Origin: Thermodesulfobacteriota bacterium
GTDB taxonomy: Bacteria > Desulfobacterota > Desulfarculia > JACQYL01
Length of the DNA stretch: 64,000 nt
Assembly (NCBI GenBank): GCA_963675595.2
Contig: CAXXLZ010000001.1
Span: 1,120,001 to 1,184,000, forward strand
Direction of reading: 5' to 3'
Positions within the stretch are counted from its first letter, which is position 1, and every line of letters begins with the position of its first letter. The notes under the pieces are model-generated. The model had not been told where the DNA came from, searched no databases, and saw only the letters and a list, made by a program, of their open reading frames with translations. The translations under genes and the position numbers were made by a program. Shown piece after piece: positions 19,482 through 31,892 of this stretch.

Positions 19482-19565
19482 CCGGAGTGGGATCGTCGGA
19501 CGGCAATTAAGGAACCGGTTTCGGATTTAAGTCATTTCGATTGTCAGGCCTGAAAGGAGAGGGAA

Positions 19566-20525
19566 ATGAGGAAGCAAGGTTTATTGACTTGGGCTTTGAT
19601 TCTTGTTTGCTTGATGAGCCTTACCATGTTCCTCGCATGTTCGAAAGAAGCGTTCAAGGAAACACCAGGAGTGCCGCAACTCAAAGGGTTGGGGTCGGAA
19701 GAGATGGAGGCCGAGCGTGTGGAGGCCCCGGATGCGGTTTCCATGGTGGCGCAGGCTGAAGAAGGAAAGGATTCGGAGGCTGCGGCGGCTGAGGCTGAAG
19801 CCCGGCTTCTGTCCGATGAGGAGGCCGCCAAGCAGGCTGAGCTGGAAGCGCAGCGCAAGGCCGAGGAAGAAGCGGCCCGTGCCGCCGAGATGGAAGCGCA
19901 ACGACTGGCGGAAGAGGAACGTCAGGCCGCTCTGCGTGAGAAGGCGTTGGCGGAACAGGCTGAACGGGAGCGAATCGCACGGGAATCGGCGGAAAGCGCT
20001 CGAGAGGCCGAACGGATGGCCCGAGAAGCCGAGCGGATGGCGCAGGAAGCGGAAGAAATGGCCGTTAAGGAGGAGCCTGCCGGTGGAGACACCATGATGA
20101 TGGCGCGTGCCGAAACCGAGGCGGCGGCTGAGGGAGAGGCGTCCAAAGCGGCACAGGCGGAACCGGAAAAAGTTCCTGAAACCGTACGCACCGGGATCGA
20201 GGACGAGAAGGTCTACTTCGACTTCGATTCCTCGGCTTTGACCGAGACCGCCAAGTCCGTACTTCAGCGCAAGGCGGAGTTTCTGAAAGAGCGTGCCGAA
20301 ACAGACGTACTGATTGAAGGTCATTGCGACGAGAGGGGCAGTGTCGAGTACAACTTGGCCTTGGGACAAAGACGAGCGGAAAGCGTCAAACGTTACCTGG
20401 TTCTGCTGGGAATTTCATCGGAACGTCTCCGCACCATCAGCTATGGAAAGGAACGGCCTGCAGATCCGCGCCATACGGAAGAAGCCTGGGCAAAGAACCG
20501 CAGAGCCGAGTTCGTCATTGATTGA
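19566..20525 (+). CDS. pal: Peptidoglycan-associated lipoprotein Pal with long helical linker
   Basis: Lipobox FLAC; VYFDFD, EGHCDERGS.EYNLALGQRRA, SYGKERP, NRRAEF. Confidence 0.9.
   Translation: MRKQGLLTWALILVCLMSLTMFLACSKEAFKETPGVPQLKGLGSEEMEAERVEAPDAVSMVAQAEEGKDSEAAAAEAEARLLSDEEAAKQAELEAQRKAEEEAARAAEMEAQRLAEEERQAALREKALAEQAERERIARESAESAREAERMAREAERMAQEAEEMAVKEEPAGGDTMMMARAETEAAAEGEASKAAQAEPEKVPETVRTGIEDEKVYFDFDSSALTETAKSVLQRKAEFLKERAETDVLIEGHCDERGSVEYNLALGQRRAESVKRYLVLLGISSERLRTISYGKERPADPRHTEEAWAKNRRAEFVID
20001..20063 (+). repeat. 3 x 21-bp imperfect tandem repeat within pal (REAERMA)
   Basis: cgagaggccgaacggatggcc / cgagaagccgagcggatggcg / caggaagcggaagaaatggcc. Confidence 0.75.
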
Positions 20526-20598
20526 TCGATCCAACCAAGAATGGCGAGGGGCCGCACGAATGGACGGGGGCTCCTCGGACCACCATAGGGAAAAGCCA

Positions 20599-22002
20599 AT
20601 GTCGGCACGCAGTTTATCTCGGACTCTATTTGGTCTGCTGATGATTGCGGCGATCTCCGCCTCTTTCGTCGGCTGCGTCGCATCCGAATCGAACGTGAAA
20701 GACGTTCGCGACGATATGGACGACAGGATCTCGAATCTGGCCATCGAGGTGGATCGCCTCAAACAGGAAAGTCGTTCGACTTCTCGCCTCGATCCCGCCA
20801 AGACGTTGGCTCCCATCCAGGAGAAGATAGAAGCGAACCGGGCGAGTGCGGAGACTCTGGACTCCCGTTTGCGCACTCTGGAGCTCCAGGTGGAAAGCCA
20901 TTCTTCGGACTTGGGCATCGCAAACGAGAATCTTTCGAGCCAGGCGGCGAATCTCAAGGCTCTGAACACGAACATCGAGGCGGTGAACAAGAACATTGAA
21001 ACGGTGAACGGCAAATTAGGGCAACTTTCTTCGGATCTGGCCGATGTCGCCGCTCGGCAGGTGGAAGGGAACATCAAGCTGGACACGGTCGGCAAGAGTC
21101 GGGACAAGGTTGAGGCGTCTTTAGAGGAAATACGCGGGCGACAGGCTGAACTGCAGGTCGATCTGGACGACGTTCAGGTTCAAAGTCGTCAACGAGGCGG
21201 AGAACTGGAAAAGGAGATCGTCCAACTTCAAAGAGACCTTCAAGAGTTGCGGAAGATGCTCGGGGAGATGGATTCCAGAGACACTTCCGGGCTCGAGAGA
21301 GCTCAAGACGAAACGGATCGTAAGTTGGTCAAGGTCGGTGAGAATGTGTCCAAACTTGGTGATCGTCTGAGCAAAGTGGAAGCGGCGCTCCTGGCCATGG
21401 CCAAAGTGCGGCAGAGCAGTGCGGCAGGGTCCGCGATTTCGGTGCCGAGTCCGGCCGCTCCTTCGGTGGTCGCGCCGGTTCCCGCGGCTCCATCGACCCC
21501 TACGCCCTCTCCGGCTCTCACCGCGAGGTCTTCCGAACCCGTCGCTCCGCCAAAGCCGACGGCGGTTGAGGAACCTGTGAAGGCCGTGACTCCACGGTCC
21601 GATGAAACAGCCGACGCCACGGAAATCACGGACCCGAACGAGCTGTATAAGACGGCCATGAACCTCTTTAGAGAGAAACGTTACAAAGAGGCGAGAAGCC
21701 TTTTTTCAACGTTTGTCGGCAAGTACCCCAACCATCCGGTAGCTGATAATGCCCAGTTCTGGGTGGGAGAGACCTATTTCAAAGAAGGCTCTTTCGAGGA
21801 TTCCATCCTTGAATACCAGAAAGTGATCCAGCGATACGCCACGGGCAATAAGGTCCCGGATGCTTTGCTGAAACAGGCAATGGCTTTTCAGCGGTTGGGG
21901 GACAATACGAGCGCACGCATCCTGTACCAGAAGCTGGAAAAAGACTATGCCGAGAGCCCTCAAGCCGGTACGGCCATGAATGAACTCATGAAGATGAAGT
22001 AG
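20599..22002 (+). CDS. cpoB: Tol-Pal protein CpoB/YbgF, long coiled-coil lipoprotein form
   Basis: Lipobox-like FVGC, long coiled coil, Pro/Ala linker, TPR with NAQFWVGE and KVPDALLK. Confidence 0.85.
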   Translation: MSARSLSRTLFGLLMIAAISASFVGCVASESNVKDVRDDMDDRISNLAIEVDRLKQESRSTSRLDPAKTLAPIQEKIEANRASAETLDSRLRTLELQVESHSSDLGIANENLSSQAANLKALNTNIEAVNKNIETVNGKLGQLSSDLADVAARQVEGNIKLDTVGKSRDKVEASLEEIRGRQAELQVDLDDVQVQSRQRGGELEKEIVQLQRDLQELRKMLGEMDSRDTSGLERAQDETDRKLVKVGENVSKLGDRLSKVEAALLAMAKVRQSSAAGSAISVPSPAAPSVVAPVPAAPSTPTPSPALTARSSEPVAPPKPTAVEEPVKAVTPRSDETADATEITDPNELYKTAMNLFREKRYKEARSLFSTFVGKYPNHPVADNAQFWVGETYFKEGSFEDSILEYQKVIQRYATGNKVPDALLKQAMAFQRLGDNTSARILYQKLEKDYAESPQAGTAMNELMKMK

Positions 22003-22029
22003 GCGGGGATACGGCGTACGTGACTGAAC

Positions 22030-22066
22030 GGCCGGGAGAACGGCGAACTCCCGGCCCTTCTTATTT
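22030..22066 (+). terminator. Probable terminator after cpoB
   Basis: GGCCGGGAG-N9-CTCCCGGCC followed by CTTCTTATTT. Confidence 0.5.
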
Positions 22067-22117
22067 CCCGGTTGACGGCCGGAAGCCGGGGTGCCGGTTT
22101 TCCGTAGGTGAATCGAA

Positions 22118-22309
22118 ATGACTCGTTTTTTCCTTTGCGCCCTAGGCCTTATGTTGATTTTTGAGGGCTTGCCTTATTTCGCGGTTCCGCACCGACTGAA
22201 ACCGTGGCTCGCGAAAATGTCGGAATTGGATACGGCTACCTTGCGTATGCTGGGGATTGCCGGTATGAGCATAGGTATGCTGCTCGTTTACCTCTTTCGT
22301 CCCATCTGA
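22118..22309 (+). CDS. DUF2065 family small membrane protein
   Basis: ALGLMLIFEGLPYFAVP ... LRMLG. Confidence 0.8.
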   Translation: MTRFFLCALGLMLIFEGLPYFAVPHRLKPWLAKMSELDTATLRMLGIAGMSIGMLLVYLFRPI

Positions 22310-22367
22310 GCGCACTCCGAAAACAATTGACTAATCGGTCTCTTTCCGTTTATGGTTCCCGAGCTTT

Positions 22368-24547
<2,180 letters not shown>

Positions 24548-24548
24548 C

Positions 24549-24932
24549 TTGTTGGCACTAGCTTGGGCAGTCGATGGTGGGGGGGCCGGGTCGGGCGGAT
24601 CCGGGTTTACGGCGTTTATACCACTCGTTTTGATGTTCGCCATTTTCTACTTTCTGTTGATCAGGCCTCAGCAGAAGAGGCAGAAACAGCACAAAAGCTT
24701 GTTGGCGAATCTGAGAAGGGGCGATAGCGTAATTACCCAGGGCGGTATTCATGGGAAGATTACCGGTCTCACGGAATCCGTGATTACTCTGGAGATCGCA
24801 CCGGGCGTTCGAGTGCGCGTATCGAGGAGCTTTGTCACCGGACTGAATACTCCGCAACAGGCCCCGCAAGCCGCTCCCCCGAAAGAAAAGGGAAAAGATT
24901 CGAAAGAGGAAAAGAAAGAAGCCGAAGGCTGA
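24549..24932 (+). CDS. yajC: Preprotein translocase subunit YajC
   Basis: FYFLLIRPQQKR, GDSVITQGGIHG; TTG start after GGAGG. Confidence 0.9.
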   Translation: MLALAWAVDGGGAGSGGSGFTAFIPLVLMFAIFYFLLIRPQQKRQKQHKSLLANLRRGDSVITQGGIHGKITGLTESVITLEIAPGVRVRVSRSFVTGLNTPQQAPQAAPPKEKGKDSKEEKKEAEG

Positions 24933-25279
24933 TTTCGATACCGAGGCGCCGAGGCAATCGGGAGTGCGACAGTCGGAAAAGCTGCTTTTCTTGCTGTGTG
25001 GAAACGAAAGCCCGGCCCTTTCTTTTTCTCCCGCGAGGATTCCCATAAGGGGTGAGATTCTCCGGTACCGGTTGTCAAGGTGCTGAAGAATACGCCGGAA
25101 CGTGGAGAAATCGCGGATCTCGGCAAGCCGCAAGCGTTCGAAACGGACTCTGCCGTGCGCACGGGCGGCTGCTCGTGCGCGTGTATCCGTCGCTTGCCGG
25201 GATTCTCCGCAGCCCTCCAGGGCGCTTTTCGAGTTACGCCCGGCACCCTCATAGAAGCTGAGATAGAAAGGAGCATTAC

Positions 25280-26881
25280 GTGAAAGGCAGTCTAGGCTGG
25301 AGGGGAATCATTGTACTGGCTGTGCTGGTCCTGTCTCTAGTGTACCTAACGCCTTCGATGGTTGGGGAGCCCCCCCTTTGGTGGAGTAATCTGCTCCCTT
25401 CCGACCAGGTGCAACTCGGCCTTGACCTGCAGGGCGGGATGCATCTTGTCCTCGAGGTGGAGGCAAGCAAGGCGGTGGAATCCCAGCTTGATATTTTGAG
25501 TGAGGAGATCAAGCGTTCGTTGCGCGATGAACGGGTATGGGTATCCAAGACGCGGGTGGTGGCTCCCGATGGGTTGGAGATTGACTTGAAACAGCCCGAA
25601 GGAGAGGAGAATCTTCAGAAGCTGCTTGAAAAAGAGTATCCGGACTTGTCGGTCGTCCGATCGGAACCGTTTGAAGACGGATTGAAGATTGTACTCCAAA
25701 TGGCGGCTGAGGAAGTGAAACGGGTCAAACAGTTCGCGGTTTCCCAAGCTTTGGAGACGATCCGAAACCGTGTGGACCAATTCGGAGTAAGTGAGCCGGA
25801 CATACGGCCCCAAGGCGAAGACAGGATCCTCATCCAATTGCCGGGAATCAGTGACCCCGATCGCGCCATGAAACTGATCGGAAAAACGGCGCTCCTGGAA
25901 TTCAAACTGGTGGACGACACGGCGGACTTGAGAAAAGCGGAAGCGGGCGATTTGCCTCCGGGGCGACAGTTGCTTTACGAGGTCCAGGTGGATCGGGAGA
26001 CGGGGCGCAAGAGCCGGATTCCCTATGTTGTCGAAAAGCGAGCCGTGCTCACGGGGCAGTATGTATCCGACGCGCGTGTGCAGATCGATAATCAGTTCAA
26101 CGAGCCTTATGTCACGTTGAAGTTCAATTCGAAGGGAGCACGAATTTTTGAACGTGTAACCGGCGACAATGTCAAGAAAAGGCTCGCCATCGTGCTGGAC
26201 AACGTAATCAATTCGGCGCCGGTTATCCAGGAACGAATCCCCGGTGGTGAAGCCCGAATTACGGGAAGTTATACCATGGAAGAGGCCAGGGACCTGGCAA
26301 TCGTTCTGAGGGCGGGTGCCTTGCCGGCACCGGTGAAGGTGCTGGAAGAACGGACGGTTGGTCCGTCTCTGGGGAAGGATTCCATACGAAAGGGCTTCCT
26401 TTCGATGATTATCGGCGGTATCATAGTAATTTTGCTGATGGCCGCCTACTATCGGTTGGGCGGACTCATCGCGGACTTCGCGCTGTTGTTGAACGTGGTG
26501 CTCATTATGGCCGCGTTGGCCGCTTTCGGAGCCACCTTGACCCTCCCGGGCATCGCGGGCATCATACTGACAATCGGTATGGCCGTTGACGCCAACGTAC
26601 TGATCTTTGAACGAATACGCGAGGAACTCAGACTGGGCAAGACGCCGAGGGCTGCTGTGGAAGGCGGTTTCGGCAAGGCCATAGTCACGATTCTCGACGC
26701 CAACGTGACGACCTTGATCGCCGCCTTGGTGCTCTTTCAGTTCGGAACCGGGCCCATCAGGGGGTTCGCGGTGACCTTGAGTATCGGTATTGTTGCCAGC
26801 ATGTTCACCGCCATCTTCGTTTCTAGATTGATTTTCGACTATCTCCTGCTGAAAGTGCAGATGAAACAGATTCCCGTGTGA
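25280..26881 (+). CDS. secD: Protein translocase subunit SecD
   Basis: LGLDLQGG, IRNRVDQFGVSEP, LRAGALPAP, GMAVDANVLIFERIREE. Confidence 0.96.
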   Translation: MKGSLGWRGIIVLAVLVLSLVYLTPSMVGEPPLWWSNLLPSDQVQLGLDLQGGMHLVLEVEASKAVESQLDILSEEIKRSLRDERVWVSKTRVVAPDGLEIDLKQPEGEENLQKLLEKEYPDLSVVRSEPFEDGLKIVLQMAAEEVKRVKQFAVSQALETIRNRVDQFGVSEPDIRPQGEDRILIQLPGISDPDRAMKLIGKTALLEFKLVDDTADLRKAEAGDLPPGRQLLYEVQVDRETGRKSRIPYVVEKRAVLTGQYVSDARVQIDNQFNEPYVTLKFNSKGARIFERVTGDNVKKRLAIVLDNVINSAPVIQERIPGGEARITGSYTMEEARDLAIVLRAGALPAPVKVLEERTVGPSLGKDSIRKGFLSMIIGGIIVILLMAAYYRLGGLIADFALLLNVVLIMAALAAFGATLTLPGIAGIILTIGMAVDANVLIFERIREELRLGKTPRAAVEGGFGKAIVTILDANVTTLIAALVLFQFGTGPIRGFAVTLSIGIVASMFTAIFVSRLIFDYLLLKVQMKQIPV

Positions 26882-26893
26882 CAAGGAGCTCCT

Positions 26894-27961
26894 ATGGAAT
26901 TATTGAAGCCGGGCCTTAATATCGATTTCGTGGGGAAGCGGAAGATCGCGTATTTCCTGTCCGGGGCTTTGATATTGATCACCATCGTTTCGCTGGTTAT
27001 AAAAGGTGGACCCGATTACGGCATTGATTTCGTCGGAGGGGTTCTCGCGCAGGTCAAACTTTCGAAAGATGTCTCGACCGGAAAGATTCGCGAGGCTCTT
27101 GAGCAGGGCGGAATCAAGAAAGCCACGGTTCAGGATTTCAGCATCGAAGCGGGAGCTGAGTATCTCATCCGGATTGATCAGGAAGGGATAGAGCTGACGG
27201 GTTTCCGGAACAACCTCGAAAACCTGCTGAAAAATGCTCTAGGAGACAATAACGTCGAGGTTCGCCGCATCGAAATGGTGGGTCCCAAGGTTGGACACGA
27301 TTTACGCCAGAAGGCATTGTTTGCGATCTTCTACGCGTTGTTGTTCATCGCCATCTATATTTCGGGTCGATTCGAACTGAAATGGACCATGAGCATCATC
27401 ATGGCCCTCGCTCTGATGTTCGCGGTATACGTGGCTTCACTGGCGGGCATCAGTGTGACGTGGTTGATTATCCTGGCTTTGCTGATTACTCTTGTACTAT
27501 GCTGGATATTGAACCTTAAATTCGCACTGGGCGCGATCGTGGCTCTATTGCACGACGTCACGATTACGTTGGGAGCGTTTTCCTTGTTCAACAAAGAGAT
27601 CACCTTGCCCATTGTTGCGGCGCTCCTCACCATCATCGGGTACTCGTTGAACGATACGATTATCGTTTTTGACCGGATTCGCGAAAACCTCAGAAAGGGG
27701 AGGCGAACGGACCTGGGCAAAACGATAAACACGAGCATTAATGAAACCCTGTCGAGAACCATCATGACCTCCGGCACCACGTTGATCGTTGTGGCGGCGC
27801 TGTTTATTTTCGGCGGGGGAGTCATTCATGATTTCGCATTTGCATTGTTGATAGGCATCGTAGTGGGAACTTACTCGTCGATATACGTGGCTAGTCCGAT
27901 TCTATTGTCGATGCCGAATAACCAGGCCCGGCAGGGCGTTCGAACGAAATCCAAGAAATGA
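26894..27961 (+). CDS. secF: Protein translocase subunit SecF (with extra TM insertion)
   Basis: [44 protein letters not shown]. Confidence 0.95.
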   Translation: MELLKPGLNIDFVGKRKIAYFLSGALILITIVSLVIKGGPDYGIDFVGGVLAQVKLSKDVSTGKIREALEQGGIKKATVQDFSIEAGAEYLIRIDQEGIELTGFRNNLENLLKNALGDNNVEVRRIEMVGPKVGHDLRQKALFAIFYALLFIAIYISGRFELKWTMSIIMALALMFAVYVASLAGISVTWLIILALLITLVLCWILNLKFALGAIVALLHDVTITLGAFSLFNKEITLPIVAALLTIIGYSLNDTIIVFDRIRENLRKGRRTDLGKTINTSINETLSRTIMTSGTTLIVVAALFIFGGGVIHDFAFALLIGIVVGTYSSIYVASPILLSMPNNQARQGVRTKSKK

Positions 27962-28011
27962 TTCTTCGTCGTAAGTCGATACCTATCCCATAGAGAGGGC
28001 CGGCGCCGCTC

Positions 28012-29160
28012 ATGGTCGTGTCCCTCTCCATCTCGGAAGACCTACTTTGCTGCCTGGCCCTCCACTTGACACCGGGTATGGGCCACGTCACCTGCAAGCG
28101 ACTGCTCGAAACGTTTGAGTCGCCCTCGGCCGTCTGTAATGCTTCGGACCTTGAACTGATGAAGGTGGGGCGGGTGCGTTCCGAATTGGTCCGAAGCCTA
28201 CGGAATACGGTGAAGGATCCAAGGATACCCAAAGAGGTCGACCGTGTTAAAGCCTTCCGTGCCGGCTTGATCGGTATGCATGAGAACAATTATCCTGCGC
28301 TGCTGAGGGAAATCCATGATCCACCGATCCTGCTTTACACGCAAGGCGATCTGATGCCGCAGGATGAGTACTCGGTGGCGGTGGTGGGCACACGCACACC
28401 TACACGGTACGGTCTGGAAGTTACGCGCAGGCTTTGTGCCGGATTGGCGGAGTATGGAGTCACTGTGGTCAGCGGGCTTGCCCGTGGGATCGACGGCAAG
28501 GCTCACAGGGCTTGTTTGGACAGCGGCGGAAGGACCATTGCCGTGTTAGGGTCGGGATTGGATGTGGTGTACCCGCGGGAACACGAGACTCTTTGTCGGG
28601 AGGTTTCAAAGAGAGGTGCCGTGGTGAGCGAATTCCCCATGGGTACCGGGCCGAAGGGGGCGCATTTTCCTAAACGCAACCGGATCATCAGTGGTCTTTC
28701 TCTCGGTACGGTGGTGGTCGAAGCCGCGGAGAGGAGCGGCTCCCTGATTACCGCTCAAATGGCGCTTGATCAGAACCGCGAGGTTTTCGCAGTGCCTGGG
28801 TCCACCGGCTCCATGTTCAGCCGAGGAACGAATCGCCTCATCAAGCAAGGGGCCAAGTTGGTGGAAACGGCTGATGATATTATTGAAGAACTCCGCCGGC
28901 CCGGACCGCGTAAACCGTCCCAACAGAGTTTTTCCTGGAAGGATGAAAAGGCGGATCAAGAGGCGAACATTTTCCTGTCGAACCTCCCACCGGAGGAACG
29001 TTTGGTCTATGACGTAATGGCCTCCGATCCCATACATGTGGATGAAATTGTACGACTGTCCGGACTTGCGGCGGGAGCTGTGGCGGCTCATCTGCTTTCG
29101 CTCGAGCTGAAGAGTCTGGTTGAGCAGGTTTCCGGAAATACCTATTCAAGGAAAAGATAG
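28012..29160 (+). CDS. dprA: DNA-processing protein DprA
   Basis: YPALLREIHDPP, VVGTR, VSGLARGID, FPKRNRIISGLS, SGSLITA. Confidence 0.95.
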   Translation: MVVSLSISEDLLCCLALHLTPGMGHVTCKRLLETFESPSAVCNASDLELMKVGRVRSELVRSLRNTVKDPRIPKEVDRVKAFRAGLIGMHENNYPALLREIHDPPILLYTQGDLMPQDEYSVAVVGTRTPTRYGLEVTRRLCAGLAEYGVTVVSGLARGIDGKAHRACLDSGGRTIAVLGSGLDVVYPREHETLCREVSKRGAVVSEFPMGTGPKGAHFPKRNRIISGLSLGTVVVEAAERSGSLITAQMALDQNREVFAVPGSTGSMFSRGTNRLIKQGAKLVETADDIIEELRRPGPRKPSQQSFSWKDEKADQEANIFLSNLPPEERLVYDVMASDPIHVDEIVRLSGLAAGAVAAHLLSLELKSLVEQVSGNTYSRKR

Positions 29161-29161
29161 T

Positions 29162-31552
29162 ATGCCCAAGTCGTTGGTTATCGTTGAGTCACCCACCAAG
29201 GCGGCCACCATCAAGAAATATCTGGGTCCCGAGTTCGAGGTGAAGGCATCGGTGGGACATATTATGGACTTGCCGGGCAGCAAGCTCGGCGTGGACGTCG
29301 GTGGGGACTTCACTCCCCAATATCAAGTGATACCGGGAAAAGAAAAAGTCATCAGCGAACTGAAGAAAGCCGCTAAAAACGCGAAGGCCGTCTACCTTGC
29401 GCCTGACCCTGATCGCGAAGGAGAGGCCATCGCATGGCACATTGCCGACACCTTGGGAAAGAAAGAGGGCATGTACCGGGTCTTGTTTCACGAGCTGACC
29501 CAACGAGGGATCAGCCAGGCCATGGAATCGCCCGGAATCCTGGATCGAAACAAATATGAATCTCAGGTGGCTCGGCGCGTTCTGGACAGACTGGTCGGGT
29601 ACCATCTGAGTCCTTTGCTTTGGAAGAAGCTGCGCTACGGTTTGAGCGCCGGCCGTGTCCAGTCCGTGGCCTTACGTTTGATTGTCGACAGGGAACGGGA
29701 AATTCAGGCCTTCATTCCCGAAGAATACTGGTCCATCACCGCCCACCTCGATGGCCCGACTCCGCCGACGGTGGAAGCGCGCCTGGTGCGTCACAAAAAC
29801 AATTCCCTGAAGATTGAGAATGAGGAACAGTCGGACGCCGTGTTGGCCGACCTCAAAGGCTGTGAGTATCGGGTTCATGCCATCACAAAAAAGAAGCAAA
29901 ACAGGAAACCGGTGGCCCCGTTCACCACAAGCACGCTTCAGCAGGAAGCGGTCCGGAAGCTGCGCTTCAGCACCAAGAAAACCAATATGCTTGCCCAAAG
30001 ACTCTATGAAGGGGTCGAATTGGGTAACGAGGGACAAATCGGTCTGGTGACCTACATCAGGACGGATTCGACCAGACTTTCGCCCGAAGCTCAGGCCGAG
30101 GCCAGGACATTCATTGAAGGGCAGTACGGCAAAGACTACGTGCCCAACAAACCGCCGGTATACAAGAATCGAAAACACACCCAGGATGCCCATGAGGCCA
30201 TTCGTCCCACGGATCCCATGCGAACGCCCGACATGGTCAAAGCGCATCTTGACGAGGACCTGTTCAAGCTCTACGAATTGATCTGGAAGCGTTTTGTGGC
30301 CAGTCAGATGAAGCCGGCCGTAATCGATTTGACTTCCGTGGACATTGCGGCGGGTGACTACGTCTTTCGCGCCGGCGGGTCCGTGGTTCGCTTTCCCGGT
30401 TACATGGCGGTGTACACGGAAGGCCGGGATGAAGTCTCCGAAGACGACGACAACCGCAGACTTCCCGCCCTGGAAGAAGGAGAGGTGCTGAATCTGCAGA
30501 AGATCGTGCCCCTTCAACACTTTACCAAGGCTCCGCCGCGATACGGCGAAGCCTCTTTGGTCAAAGAGCTGGAGGAGAAGGGAATCGGTCGGCCCAGCAC
30601 ATACGCTGCGATTCTTTCCAACATTCAGGAAAGAAATTATGTCGAAAGGCAGAAGGCACAATTCAGACCGACGGAATTGGGCTATCTGACCAACGATTTG
30701 TTGGTGGACAGCTTCCCGGACATCATGAACGTTCGCTTCACCGCCCGGATGGAAGACCAACTAGATCAGGTGGAAGAGGGCAAGGTGAAGTGGAACGAAC
30801 TCCTTCAAGCCTTTTACGAGCCCTTTGAGAAGGATCTGGAGGCCGCGGAAAAGAAGAAGAAACGAGGCGCTCCTTCGGGCGTGATCTGCGAACTCTGCGG
30901 TAAGGAAATGGAAATCAAGATAGGCAAGGCCGGTTCCTTTCTTGCCTGTCCAGGATACCCGGACTGCAGGAATACCAAGAACTTCAGCCGTGATGAAAAG
31001 GGACAGGTGGTTGTCGTCGAAGAGGAAGAAGTGCAGGCCGAGGAGAAGTGTCCCGAGTGCGGCAGCGACATGGTGGTAAAAAGGGGACGCTACGGGGCGT
31101 TTCTTGCCTGCAGCAAATATCCTGAATGCAAAACCACCCTTCCATTAAACAAAGACGGCAAAGCCGCCAAGGAGCCGCCTGAGGAAACGGACGAAGTTTG
31201 CGATCGATGCGGCGCTCCCATGGTGATCAAGACGAGCAGGTTCGGAAGTCGTTTTCTTGCATGCTCGGCCTATCCGAAGTGTAAGAACACCAAACCCATA
31301 GGTTTGGGACTTCCGTGTCCGGTAGAAGGTTGCGACGGTGAGCTAAGCGAACGAAGATCCCGTAAAGGGCTCTTCTACGGGTGCACAAAATACCCTGAAT
31401 GCAAGTTCGCCACTTGGAGCAAGCCGGTTGCCGAGCGGTGCCCTGAATGCAACTCGCCGATTCTTATTGAGAAATTTTCCAAGAAGAAAGGCCCCTATCT
31501 GGCCTGTCCCAGAAAAGAGTGTGGTTATACCAGGACGTTGCCCCAAGAGTGA
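29162..31552 (+). CDS. topA: DNA topoisomerase I
   Basis: LVIVESP, DPDREGE, SAGRVQS, TYIRTDS, GIGRPSTY, C-terminal Zn ribbons. Confidence 0.96.
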   Translation: MPKSLVIVESPTKAATIKKYLGPEFEVKASVGHIMDLPGSKLGVDVGGDFTPQYQVIPGKEKVISELKKAAKNAKAVYLAPDPDREGEAIAWHIADTLGKKEGMYRVLFHELTQRGISQAMESPGILDRNKYESQVARRVLDRLVGYHLSPLLWKKLRYGLSAGRVQSVALRLIVDREREIQAFIPEEYWSITAHLDGPTPPTVEARLVRHKNNSLKIENEEQSDAVLADLKGCEYRVHAITKKKQNRKPVAPFTTSTLQQEAVRKLRFSTKKTNMLAQRLYEGVELGNEGQIGLVTYIRTDSTRLSPEAQAEARTFIEGQYGKDYVPNKPPVYKNRKHTQDAHEAIRPTDPMRTPDMVKAHLDEDLFKLYELIWKRFVASQMKPAVIDLTSVDIAAGDYVFRAGGSVVRFPGYMAVYTEGRDEVSEDDDNRRLPALEEGEVLNLQKIVPLQHFTKAPPRYGEASLVKELEEKGIGRPSTYAAILSNIQERNYVERQKAQFRPTELGYLTNDLLVDSFPDIMNVRFTARMEDQLDQVEEGKVKWNELLQAFYEPFEKDLEAAEKKKKRGAPSGVICELCGKEMEIKIGKAGSFLACPGYPDCRNTKNFSRDEKGQVVVVEEEEVQAEEKCPECGSDMVVKRGRYGAFLACSKYPECKTTLPLNKDGKAAKEPPEETDEVCDRCGAPMVIKTSRFGSRFLACSAYPKCKNTKPIGLGLPCPVEGCDGELSERRSRKGLFYGCTKYPECKFATWSKPVAERCPECNSPILIEKFSKKKGPYLACPRKECGYTRTLPQE

Positions 31553-31892
31553 TGGATATGGGGGCGCTTCGAAGGGTAGAGCCCGGCCGGGTGTTTTTCC
31601 TCGGCGGTCCGGAATTTTGAGGACTCGTCCGCATGCCGTCGGGTGACTTCACGGGACCCGGCCTCGGCTTCTCCTTGTTGTGGCAACGGGCCTTTCGCAG
31701 CGGGCCGTAGGGAAGGGGAGTCCCATCGCGGTTCGCCTGGACGAGTGAAGGGGCCCAAACCCACTGTGACTTGTAGGGTGCTCCACCCCGTTCAGGCGCC
31801 GGAACGCCTTCCCGATCGTGAGGTACCCGCCGCCCCCAGCCTCGCCTCGAACCATTGAGAAACTAAACGAAAATGAACAAACGAGTTTTTGG

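Noticed and set aside
20314-20598. CpoB extension overlapping pal
   Set aside because: The signal peptide begins at ATG 20599; the upstream part is out-of-frame pal sequence.
25080-25283. 67-aa uORF overlapping the secD start
   Set aside because: The GTGA overlap arises automatically from a GTG start followed by A; no motif or signal sequence.
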